Shown here in pieces: positions 38,228 to 49,874 of a stretch of DNA of 64,000 bases (positions are counted from its first letter, which is position 1; the number at the start of each line of letters is the position of its first letter). The notes beneath the pieces were generated by a model. That model had not been told where the DNA came from. It saw only the letters and a list, made by a program, of their open reading frames with translations, and made no database searches. This DNA is from Mobula hypostoma (Eukaryota), in the NCBI RefSeq assembly GCF_963921235.1, contig NC_086098.1:2480001-2544000 (forward strand), given 5' to 3'. The position numbers and the translations under genes were made by a program.

Positions 38228-38517
38228 TAAATAAATATTAATGGACAGATATAGAGTATACCTAGTAGAGAGGCCACCAAGTGCAGATTTTAAGTTTTCC
38301 ATCTTAAAATAACTGAGCAAAGTTATCGTGCTACTTCACATCCTGACTTAAATGTTGCACATTTCTTCAGATGAGGTCATCAGCAACCTCTGCAGTGACT
38401 TCCATGACTTCGGTCGAGTGAAAACCTTAGAAGCGCATGGTGATTTTGAGACGAGAAAGGAAAACTGGGGAAGGCTGTATGAATACTAACATGTATGAAT
38501 ACTAGTTCAGGACTTAC

Positions 38518-38621
38518 TTGGCTTCCAGGACCAATGCCAGGACTCCCGCAGCCAATGGTGCAGCACTTGAGGTGCCTCGGAAATGTGAATCACACCCCCT
38601 CACGCTGTTGGAAGTTGTCAC
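38518..38621 (-). CDS. Internal coding exon of a furin/kexin-type proprotein convertase (subtilase S8B), catalytic Ser exon
   Basis: TTTTCAG|GTG acceptor and GCCAA|GTAAGT donor; 104 bp, phase 0 to phase 2; translates VTTSNSVRGCDSHFRGTSSAAPLAAGVLALVLEA(N), matching the furin/PCSK VTT...GTS..APLAAG..AL.LEAN exon. Confidence 0.93.
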
Positions 38622-39160
38622 CTGAAAATGACAAATGCAGTGAGCACCAAAATTAATGATGCAGATTCTAGAAAAGCAACAGGCATAAATCTCCATCATG
38701 TTTTTACACCATCAACAATGAGAGCGTTACTGTATTTTTTCTTTTAATTCAACAAAAGTCATAAAACTAGGTCATTACTACTGGAATGAGACAGCTGTAC
38801 TTGGTCCTTTGGGAAAATCTTAATAGTAAGCAACAGGAAATAAAATGAAATGGCTTTCCATATTCCTCTGTTACTGCTCTGAAATGGGGCCTTTACAATT
38901 ATTTTGGGTGCTTCTAATTTTGCATAAAGTTGCTCTTTTTGCTGCAGACAATGTAAAATTTAACACTTAGGTGAGTAACTTTCTCTTCCTCTTAATGTAA
39001 GTGGGAATCAAATAAATCACAGATATAATTAAAGTGTCTACAGGAATGACAGCAGTGAAAATCAGGTGGATGGTGGAAAAGGTGTTTCCTAATGAAGGTG
39101 ACAATGGTAGGACACAAGAGACTGTACCATTTTTCATTGATTCTATTTTGTTGCTTTCTA

Positions 39161-40767
39161 CAGTGCCTATCAAAAGTATACACCCCCCCCCCCAGAAGTT
39201 TTCATGTTTTATTGTTTCACCACATTGAATCACTGTGGATTTAATGTGGCTTTTTTCGACACAGATCAACAGAAAAAGACTCTTCTGTGTCAAAGTGAAA
39301 ACATATCTCTACACAGTGATCTAGATTAATTACAATTATTAAACACAAATAATTGATTGCATAAGTATTCATACCTTTCAAGTCAGTATTTAGTAGATGC
39401 ACCTTTGGCAGCAATTACAGCCTTGAGTCTATGGGATAGGTCTCCATCAGCTTTGCACATCTGGACAGTGCAATATTTCCCCATTCTACTTTACAAAACT
39501 GCTCAAGCTCTATCAGATTGCATGGGGATCGTGAGTGAACTGCCCTTTTCAAGCCCAGCCACAAATTCTCAATTGGATTGAGGTCTGGACTCTGACTTGG
39601 CCACTCCAGGACATTAACTTTGTTGTTATTTAAGCTTTGTATAGCTTTGGCTTTATTCTTGGGGTCATTGTCTTGCTGGAAAACAAATCTTCTCCCAAGT
39701 TACAGTTCTCTTGCAGATTGCATCAGGTTTTCCTCCAGGATTTCCCTGTATGTTGCTGCATTCATTTTAGTCTCCACCTTCACAAGCCTTCCAGGGCCTG
39801 CTGCAGTGAAGCATCCCCACAGCATGATGCAGCCACCACCATGCTTCACAGTAGGAATGGAGTGTTTTTGATTATGTGTGGTATTTGGCTTATGCAAAAG
39901 ATAGCATTTGTTCTGATGGCCAAAAAGCTCAAATTTGATTTCATCAAACCGTAGAACTTTCTTCCAGCTGACTTCAGAGTCTCCCACATACCATCCAGCA
40001 AACTCTAGCTGAGATTTCATGCAGGTGTTTTTTCCCCAACAGTGGCTTTCTCATAAATCTGTGACTGATGAAGCACCCTGGCAACAGTTGTTGTATGTGC
40101 AGTCTCTCCCATCTCAGCCACTGAAGCTTGTAACTCCTCTAGATTTGTCATAGGTCTCTTGGTGGTCTCCCTCACTAGTGCCCCTCATAGCACAGTCACT
40201 CAGTTTTTGGGGACGGCCTGCTCTAGGCTGAGTTACAACTATGCCATATTCTTTCCATTTTTTGATTATTGATTTAACTGTACTCCAAGGGATATTCAGT
40301 GACTTGAAAATTTTCTTAAATCCATCTCCTGACTTGTGCTTTTCAATAACCTTTTTGCAGAGTCGATGGAGTGTTCTTTTATCTTCATGGTGTCATTTTT
40401 GCCAGGATACTGACTCTGCAGCAGTTGGAGCTGCTGAATACGGGTGTATTTATACTACAATCAATTCCAACACCTTGACTGCACACAGGTGATCTCCATT
40501 TGATTAATTACATGACCTCGAAACCAATTGGCTGCACCAGTAATGATTTGATCTGTCATATTAAAAGGGGTCAATACTTATACACTCAAGTATTTTGTGT
40601 TTTATGTTTGTAATTAATTCAGATCACTTTGTAGAGATCTGTTTTCACTTTGACACGGAAGAGTCTTTACCTGATGATCAGTGTCTAAAAAGTCTAATTA
40701 AAGCCATTGTGATTCAGTGTTGTAAAATAATAAACACGAAAACTTCCAAAACTTTTTATGGGCACTG
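39161..40767 (-). mobile_element. Full-length (~1.6 kb) Tc1-family DNA transposon with ~200-bp TIRs
   Basis: TA|CAGTGCC...GGCACTG|CA ends; long imperfect inverted repeats at about 39161-39375 and 40567-40767. Confidence 0.93.
39383..40388 (-). pseudogene. Tc1 transposase (DD34E-type), frameshifted
   Basis: MKIKEHS start; [48 protein letters not shown] and TKY* motifs. Confidence 0.92.
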
Positions 40768-41321
40768 CATTTAATGTGAATGCCCACAAGAAAATGAACT
40801 TCAGAGAGGTGATGTACACAGTCCTGAGCACTTATAGTAATGTTATATATTGCACTGTACTGCTGCCACAAAAAAACAAATTTCATGACATATTTGAGTG
40901 ATGATAAAGCTGATTCTGATATGGGTCTCTATTGTGGACTGAGAGTGGGAGGGGACAGGGAAAGAGAAATCATGGTTGGGAAAGGTGGAAGGGAAAGGTG
41001 GAAGGGAGAGGGGAGGGAACGGGAAGCGCCAGAGAGACATTCTATAATGATCAAGAAACTAATCGTTTGGAATCAAGTAACCTTGCCTTGTGTCTTAGGA
41101 CTGAGTGTGTCCACACACACACAACCACCCCCACCCCCACCCCTGGCACATGTTCTCGGCCACCTGTCCCATACACTTCCCGTGGTGCTTCCCTCTCGAC
41201 ATTCCCAACATCTATTGCTCCCACAAACACGAGAAAATCTGCAGATGCTGGAAACTTAAAGCAACACACACAAAATGCTGGTGAACGCAGCAGGCCAGGC
41301 AGCATCTACAGGAAGAAGTAC

Positions 41322-41357
41322 AGTCGATGTTTCGGGTCAAAACCATTCGTCAGGACT
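41322..41357 (-). ncRNA. Hammerhead ribozyme motif
   Basis: AGTC-CTGACGA-atggttttgaccc-GAAA-C-ATC-GACT; core intact, stem II weakened. Confidence 0.6.
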
Positions 41358-41893
41358 AACGGAAAAAAGAGATAGTAGGAGATTTGAAAGTGGGAGGGGG
41401 AGGGGTGCCCAAAATGATAGGAGAAGACAGGAGGCGAGGGATGAAGCTAAGAGCTGGGAAGTTGATTGGCAAAAGGGATACAAGGCTGGAGAAGGGGGAG
41501 TATTATAGGATGGAAGGCCTTGGAAGAAAGAAGGGGGGAGGGGAGCACCAGAGGAAGATGGAGAACAGGCAAGGAGTTATTGTGAAAGGGAAAGAGAGAA
41601 AAAAAATTAAAAATTAGGGATGGGGTAAGAAGGGGAGGAGGGGTATTAACGGGTTAATTATCCATCTCCCCCCCCCCCCAACTTTCCTTTGCTACATCGA
41701 GGACTGCATTGGCACTGCTTCCTGCATGCATGCTGAGCTCGTTGACTTCATCAACTTTGCCTCCAACTTTCACCCTGACCTCAAGTTTACCTGGTCCATT
41801 TCCGACACCTCCCTCCCCTTCCTTGATCTTTCTGACTCCATCTATGGAGACAGCTTATCTGCTGATATCTTCTATAAGCCTACGGACTCTCAC

Positions 41894-42770
41894 AGAGGAA
41901 ATTAAGAACCCGGTGCATGGTGCAAAGACAATAACCTATCCCTCAACGTCAGCAGGACAAAGGAATTGGTTGTTGACTTCAGAAGGAGTAGCGGACTGAA
42001 CGACCCAATTTACATCGGTGGTGCGCAAGTGGAACAGGTCAAAAGCTTCAAATTCCTCGAGGTCAATATCACAAATGACCTGACTTGGTCCAACCAAGCA
42101 GAATTCACTGCCAAGAAGGCCCACCAGCGCCTTTACTTCCTGAGAAAACTAAAGAAATTTGGCCTGTCCCCTAAAACCCTCACTAATTTTTATAGATGCA
42201 CCATGGAAAGCATTCTTCTAGGGTGCACCACAACCTGGTATGGAAGTTGTCCTGTCCAAGACCGAAAGAAGCTGCAGAAGATCGTGAACACGGCACAGCA
42301 CATCACACAAACCAATCTTCCGTCCTTGGACTCACTTTACACCGCACACTGTCGGAGCAGAGCTGCCAGGATAATCAAGGACACGACCCACCCAGCCAAC
42401 ACACTTTTTGTCCCTCTTCCCTCCGGGAGAAGGCTCAGGAGCTTGAAGACTCGTACGGCCAGATTTGGGAACAGCTTCTTTCCAACTGTGATAAGACTGC
42501 TGAACGGATCTTGACCCGGATCTGGGCCGTACCTTCCAAATATCCGGACCAGCCTCTCAGTTTTTTTGCACTACCTTACTTTCCATTTTTCTATTTTCTA
42601 TTTATGCTTTATAATTTAAAATTTTAATATTTACTAATTTTTACTATTTTTAATATTTTTAATATTTAATATTTGTAATCCAGGGAGCGGGAAGCGCAGA
42701 ATCAAATAAGGCTGTGATGATTGTACGTTCTAGTATCAATTGTTTGGCGACATTAAAGTATAAAGTATAA
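41894..42770 (+). mobile_element. Young 5'-truncated Rex1/Babar LINE inserted in the Penelope RT
   Basis: Open ORF 41966-42514 (VVDFRRS...KKAHQRLYFLRKLKK...NSFFPTVIRLLN); (TAAAGTA)n tail; interrupts the Penelope YKPTDSH|SYLDY. Confidence 0.92.
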
Positions 42771-44297
42771 AGCTACCTGGACTATTCCTCTTCCCACCCT
42801 GTTACTTGTAAAAATGCCATCCCCTTCTCTCAATTCCTCTGTCTCAGCCACATCTGCTCTCAGAATGAGGCTTTTCATTCCAGGAGATGTCCTCCTTTTT
42901 TAAAGAAAGGAGCTTCCCTTCCTCCACCATCAACTCTGCTCTCAGATGCATCTCCCCCATTTCACGCTCATCTGCTCTCACTCCATCCTCCCACCACCCC
43001 ACTAGGAATAGGATTCCCCTTGTCTTCACCTACCACCCCACCAGCCTCCGGGTCCAACATATTATTCTCTGTAACTTCTGCCACCTCCAACGGGATCCCA
43101 CCACCAAGCACATCTTTCCCTCCCCCCCCACTCTGCTTTCCGCAGGGATCGCTCCCTACGCGACTCCCTTGTCCATTTGTCCCCCCATCCCTCCCCACCG
43201 ATTTCCCTCCTGGCACTTATCCTTGTAAGTGGAACAAATGCTACACCTGCCCCTACACTTCCTCCCTCACCATTCAGGGCCCCAGACAGTCCTTCCAGGT
43301 GAGGCGACACTTCACCTGTGAGTCTGCTGGTGTGATATACTGTGTCCGGTGCTCCCGGTGTGGCCTTCTATATATTGGCGAGACCCGACGCAAACTGGGA
43401 GATCGTTTCGCTGAACACCTACGCTCTGTCCACCAGAGAAAGCAGGATTTCCCAGTGGCCACACATTTTAATTCCACGTCCCATTCCCATTCCGATATGT
43501 CAATCCATGGCCTCCTCTACTGTCGAGATGAAACCACACTCAGGATGGAGGAACAACACCTTATATTCTGTCTGGGTAGCCTCTAACCTGATGGCATGAA
43601 CATTGATTTCTTTAACTTCCGTTAATGCCCCTCCTCCCCTTCTTACCCCATCCCTAATTTTTAATTTTTTTTCTCTCTTTCCCTCTCACAATAACTCCTT
43701 GCTTGTTCTCCATCTTCCTCTGATGCTCCCCTCCCCCTTTCTTTCTTTCAAGGCCTTCCACCCTATGATACTCCCCCTCCTCCAGCCTCGTATCCCTTTT
43801 GCCAATCACCTGTCCAGCTCTTGGCTCCATCCCTCCCCCTCCTCTCTTCTCCTATCATTTTGGGTCTCCCCCTCCCCTCCCACTTTCAAATCTCTTACTA
43901 ACTCTTCCTTCAGTTAGTCCTGACGAAGGCTCTCGACCCAAAATGTTGACTGTACTTCTTCCTATAGATGCTGCCTGGCCTGCTGCGTTCAACCAGCATT
44001 TTGTATCTATTGTTCCCACCAGATTCACAAACATACAGTATTTCTGTTTTTGCACATTTAAAAAAATCTATTCAATATACGTAATTGATTTACGTGTTTA
44101 TTTATTATTATTTTTCTCTCTCTCTCTGCTAGATTATCTATTGCATTGAACAGCTGCTGCTAAATTAACAAATTTCATATCACATGCCAGTGATAATAAA
44201 CCTGTTTCTGATTCTGAAACTCACTCTCGGCTCCATATTGTCAAATACAGTACTGTGTAAAGGAGTTGGGCACCCTAGCTATATACATCATATATAC

Positions 44298-44970
44298 CAT
44301 CTTGGGGTCCGAGTCCATAGGACACTCAAAGCAGCTGTGCACATTGAGTCTGTGGTTAAGAAGGCATATGGTGCATTGACCTTCATCAACCGTGCGATTG
44401 AGTTTAAGAGCCGAGAGGTAATGTTACAGCTATATAGGACCCTGGTTAGGCCCCACTTGGAGGACTGTGCTCAGTTCTGGTCACCTCACTACAGGAAGGA
44501 TGTGGAAACCATAGAAAGGGTGCAGAGGAGATTTACAAGGATGTTGCCTGGATTGGGGAGCATGCCTTATGAGAATAGGTTGAGTAAACTCAGCCTTTTC
44601 TCCTTGGAGCGACGGAGGATGAGAGGTGACCTGATAGAGGTGTACAAGAAAATGAGAGGCATTGAGCGTGTGGATAGTAATGGTTGCCACAAGAGGACAC
44701 AGGTTTAAGGTGCTGAGGAGAAGGCACAGAGGAGATGTCAGGGGCAAGCTTTTTACTCAGAGAGTGGTGAGTGAGTGGAATGGGCTGCCGGCAACGGTGG
44801 TGGAGGCGGATACAATAGAGTTTTTTAAGAGACTTTCAGATAGGTACATGGAGCTTAGTAAGATAGAGGGTTATAGGTAACCCGAGTAATTTCTAAGGTA
44901 GGGACATGTTCAGCACAACTCTGTGGGCCGAAGGGCCTGTATTGAGCTGTAGGTTTTCTATAACTTCTAT
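44298..44970 (+). mobile_element. CR1 3' fragment
   Basis: LYRTLVRPHLEDCAQFWSP...FSLERRRMRGDLIEVYK. Confidence 0.9.
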
Positions 44971-47601
44971 GTATATATTATATGCTTTGAGAGCTTTTCA
45001 GAGTACTGTACATACCTTGATCATAAATTTATTTTGAACATTTGAACACAGATGTTAGGATCTGGAGTAAAAACAAACTGCTCGTGTAACTCAGTGGAAG
45101 GAACTGGATTGCCAATTTTTCAGTCCCATCATGCACACTCTTTTTCCGTTTTTTTTTCATATTATAGATAGAACATAGAATAGTACAGCACAATACAGGC
45201 CCTTCAGCCCACAATGTTGTGCCGACCCTCAAACCCTGCCTCCCATATAAGCCCCCACCTTAAATTCCTCCATATACCTGTCCAGTAGTCTCTTAAACTT
45301 CACTAGTGTATCTGCCTCCACCACTGACTCAGGCAGTGCATTCCACGCACCAACCACTCTCTGAGTAAAAAACCTTCCTCTAATATCCCCCTTGAACTTC
45401 CCACCCCTTACCTTAAAGCCATGTCCTCTTGTATTGAGCAGTGGTGCCCTGGGGAAGAGGCGTTGGCTATCCACTCTATCTATTCCTCTGATTATCTTGT
45501 ACACCTCTATCATGTCTCCTCTCATCCTCCTTCTCTCCAAAGAGTAAAGCCCTAGCTCCCTTAATCTCTGATCATAATGCATACTTTCTAAACCAGGCAG
45601 CATCCTGGTAAATCTCCTCTGTACCCTTTCCAATGCTTCCACATCCTTCCTATAGTGAGGCGACCAGAACTGGACCGAATACTCCTAGTGTGGCCTAACC
45701 AGAGTTTTATAGAGCTGCATCATTACATCGCGACTCTTAAACTCTATCTCCCGACTTATGAAAGCTAACACCTCATAAGCTTTCTTAACAACCCTATCCA
45801 CCTGTGAGGCTACTTTCAGGGATCTGTGGACATGAACCCCCAGATCCCACTGCTCCTCCACACTACCAAGTATCCTGCCATTTACTTTGTACTCTGCCTT
45901 GGAGTTTGTCCTTCCAAAGTGTACCACCTCACACTTCTCTGGGTTGAACTCCATCTGTCACTTCTCAGCCCACTTCTGCATCCTATCAATGTCTCTCTGC
46001 AATCTTTGACAATCCACTACACTATCTACAACACCTCCAACCTTTGTGTCATCTGCAAACTTCCTAACCGACCCCACATCCAGGTCATTAATAAAAATCA
46101 CGAAAAGTAGAGGTCCCAGAGCCGTTCCTTGTGGGACACCACTAGTCACAACCCTCCAATCTGAATGTACTCCCTCCACCATGACCCTCTGCCTTCTGCA
46201 GGCAAGCCAATTCTGAATCCACCTGGCCAAACTTCCCCGGATCCCATGCCTTCTGACTTTCTGAATAAGCCTACCGTCTGGAACCTTGTCAAATGCCTTA
46301 CTAAAATCCATATAGATCACATCCACTGCACTACTCTCATCTAGATGCCTGGTCACCTCCTCAAAGAACCCTATCAGGCTTGTTAGACACGATCTGCCCT
46401 TCACAAAGCCATGCTGACTGTCCCTGATCAGACCATGATTCTCTAAATGCCCAGAGATCCTATCTCTAAGAATCTTTTCCAACAGCTTTCCCACCACAGA
46501 CGTAAGGCTCACTGGTCTATAATTACCCGGACTATCTCTACTACCTTTTTTGAACAAGGCGACAAATTTCGCCTCCCACCAATCCTCCAGTATCACTCCC
46601 GTAGACAACAAGGACATAAAGATCCTAACCAGAGGCTCAGCAATTTCTTCCCTCGCCTCGTGGAGCAGCCTGGGGAATATACCATCAGGCCCCGGGGACT
46701 TATCCGTCCTGATATATTTTAACAGCTCCAACACCTCCTCTCCCTTAACATCAACATGCTCCAGAACATCAACCTCACTCCTATTGTACTCACCGTCATC
46801 AAGTTCCCTCTCATTGGTGAATACTGAAGAGAAGTATTCATTGAGGCTGTCGCTCACATCTTCCCACCTTTATCTCTAATCGGTCCTACCTTCACTCCTG
46901 TCATCCTTTTGCTCTTCACATAATTAAAGAATGCCTTGGGGTTTTCCTTTACCCTACACGCCAAGGCCTTCTCATGCCCCCTTCTTGCTCTTCTCAGCCC
47001 CTTCTTAAAGCTCTTTTCTTGCTTCTCTGTATTCCTCAATAGACCCATCTGATCCTTGCTTCCTAAACCTCATGTATGCTGCCTTCTTGCACCTGACTAG
47101 ATTTTCCACCTCACTTGTCACCCATGGTTCCTTCACCTTACCATTCTTTATCTTCCTCACCGGGACAAATTGATCCCTACACATGTGCAAGAGATCTCTA
47201 CACATTGACCACATGCCCGTAGTACATTTCCCTGCAAAAACATCATCCCAATTCACACCCGCAAGTTCTAGCCTTATAGCCTCATAATTTGTCATTCCCC
47301 AATTAAAAATTTTCCTGTCCTCTCTGATTCTATCCTTTTCCATGATAATGCTGAACGCCAGGGAGCGGTGGTCACTGTCCCCCAGATGCTCACCCACTGA
47401 GAGATCTGTGACTTGACCTGGTTCGTTACCTAATACTATGTCTAGTATGGCATTCACCCGAGTCAGCTTGTCAACATACTGTGACAGGAATCCGTCCTGG
47501 ACACACTTAACAAACTCTGCATCGTCCAAACCCTTGGAACTAATCAGGTGCCAATCAAGATTAGGGAAGTTAAAGTCACCCATTATAACACCCATGATAA
47601 C

Positions 47602-48794
47602 TCCGTCTCCGCCGCATCTGCTCTCAGGATGAAGCTTTTCATCTCTAGGACGAGGGAGGTGTCTTCCTTTTTTAAAGAAAGGGGCTTCCCTTCCTCCACT
47701 ATCAACTCTGCTCTTAAACGCATCTCCCCCATTTCACGTACATCTGCTCTCACTCCATCCTCCCGCCACCCCACTAGGAATAGTGTTCCCCTGGTCCTCA
47801 CCTACCACCCCATCAGCCTCCGAGTCCAACATATTATTCTCCGTAACTTCTGCCACCTCCAACGGGATCCCACCACTAAGCACATCTTTCCCTCCCCCGT
47901 TCTCTCTGCATTCCACGGGGATCGCTCCCTACACAACTCCCTTGTCCATTCGTCCCCCCCATCCCTCCCCACTGATCTCCCTCCTGGCACTTATCCATGT
48001 AAGCGGAACAAATGCTACACATGCCCTTACACTTCCTCCCTTACCACCATTCAGGGCCCCAAACAGTCCTTCCAGGTGAGACAACACTTCACCTGTGAGT
48101 CGACTGGGGTGATATACTGCGTCCGGTGCTCCCGATGTGGCCTTTTATATATTGGCGAGACCCGACGCAGACTGGGAGACCGCTTTGCTGAACATCTACG
48201 CTCTGTCCGCCAGAGAAAGCAGGATCTCCCAGTGGCCACACATTTTAATTCCACATCCTATTCCCATTCTGACATGTCTATCCACGGCCTCCTCTACTGT
48301 AAAGATGAAGCCACACTCAGGTTGGAGGAACAACACCTTATATTCCGTCTGGGTAGCCTCCAACCTGATGGCATGAACATCGACTTCTCTAACTTCCGCT
48401 AGGCCCCACCTCCCCCTCGTACCCCATCTGTTACTCATTTTTATGCACACATTCTTTCTCTCACTCTCCTTTTTCTCCCTCTGTCCCTCTGAATATACCT
48501 CTTGCCCATCCTCTGGGTCCCCCTGCCCCTTGTGTTTCTTCCCGGACCTCCTGTCCCATGATCCTCTCGTATCCCCTTTTGCCTATCACCTGTCCAGCTC
48601 TTGGCTCTATCCCTCCCCCTCCTGACTTCTCCTATCATTTTGGATCTCCCCCTCCCCCTCCAACTTTCAAATCCCTTACTCACTCTTCCTTCAGTTAGTC
48701 CTGACGAAGGGTCTTGGCCTGAAACGTCGACTGCACCTCTTCCTACAGATGCTGCCTGGCCTGCTGCGTTCACCAGCAACTTTGATGTGTGTTG
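47602..48794 (+). mobile_element. Penelope-like element 3' part with an open GIY-YIG frame
   Basis: ORF to 48402 with a CKRNKCYTC zinc-finger-like linker and VIYCVRCSRCGLLYIGET; 9-bp TSD CATGATAAC (47593-47601, 48795-48803). Confidence 0.93.
48697..48732 (+). ncRNA. Minimal type I hammerhead ribozyme motif
   Basis: AGTC-CTGACGA-AGGgtcttggCCT-GAAA-C-GTC-GACT. Confidence 0.8.
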
Positions 48795-49874
48795 CATGAT
48801 AACAACCCTGTTATTTTTGCACCTTTCCAAAATCTGCCTCCCAATTTGCTCCTCCGTATCTCTGCTGCTGCCAGGGTGCCTGTAGAATACTCCCAATAGT
48901 GTAACTGCTCCCTTCCTGTTCCTGACTTCCACCCATACTGACTTAAAAGAGGATTCTGCTACGTTATCCACCCTTTCTGTAGCTGTAATATTATCCCTGA
49001 CCAGTAATGCCACCCCTCCTCCCCTTTTACCCCCCTCTCTATCCCTTTTAAAGCACTGAAATCCAGGAATATTGAGAATCCATTCCTGCCCTGGTGCCAG
49101 CCAAGTCTCTGTAATGGCCACTACATCATAATTCCATGTAGGTATCCAAGCTCTCAGTTCATCACCTTTGTTCCTGATGCTTCTTGCATTGAGGTACACA
49201 CATTTCAGCCCTTCTACCTTCCTGTCTTTACACCGTTTATTCTGCTTCTCTTTCCTCAAAGCCTCTCTGTATGTTAGATCTGGCTTTACTCCATGCACTT
49301 CTTTCACTGCTCTATCGCTCCGGATATTGATTTCTTTATTTAATTTAGAGATTTAGAAATTAAAGATTTAAAGCAGGGAATAGGCCCACTGAGCCGCACT
49401 GCCCAGCAGCCCATGTATTTAACACCAGCCTAATCACAGGACAACTTACATCGACCAGTTGACCTACTCGCTAGCACGTCTTTGGAATGCAGGAGGAAAC
49501 CGGAGCACCCAGAGAAAGTCCACGTGGTCACTGAGAGAAAGTACAATCTTCTTGTAGAGGACACTGGAATTGAACTCTGAACTCCAAATGCCCCGAGCTG
49601 GAATGTCATCGCGTGAAGCACTATGTTACCATGGCACTTTAATGTTTTATTTGCCAATAATTTGTATTCAAGTTTTTCTGCACTGCACCTTGACACTCAT
49701 TTTCCATTCAATCCAGAGTAACACACTCTCCATACTAGAGGAGCTCACTCTTCATCTACCTGGAAAGGAGGGGGAAGAAGCCAAAATGAAAAGACTGCGG
49801 GGGGGGGGGTAGTGGGGGAAGAACAAACTGGCAGGTGAGACCATGTGAGGGAAATGATGGGTGGGTGGAGGTGC

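Larger units (their letters stand above)
36509..38284 (-). mobile_element. Non-autonomous Tc1-like element containing an expanded minisatellite and a nested mariner MITE
   Basis: CACTCAGTGGCCACTTTA terminus; transposase remnants GKKCDLSDFECGMIVGAR and RRMARL...ITTCYNSG. Related copies at 55856-57903 and 33375-33588. Confidence 0.75.
41225..44004 (+). mobile_element. Penelope-like element with an inverted 5' terminal repeat (41225-41652), RT/GIY-YIG body and 3' terminal repeat
   Basis: YIED-type RT remnant near 41692; GIY-YIG ORF 43020-43586; 15-bp TSD ATCTATTG(C/T)TCCCAC at 41210-41224 and 44005-44019. Confidence 0.92.
45165..49323 (-). mobile_element. CR1 ORF2-length element with a Penelope insertion in its endonuclease
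   Basis: ORFs 48441-49307 (YLNARSI, TETW), 47005-47595 (GDFN, SDH), 45958-46857 (RT) and 45229-45642 (C-terminus). Confidence 0.93.

Noticed and set aside
41966..42514. ALKBH8 N-terminal (DUF1891)-like host gene
   Set aside because: This is the RT C-terminal region of a Rex1/Babar LINE, with a tandem tail and several related copies in the window.
48441..49307. 288-aa novel fusion ORF
   Set aside because: CR1 endonuclease reading by chance into an antisense Penelope insertion.
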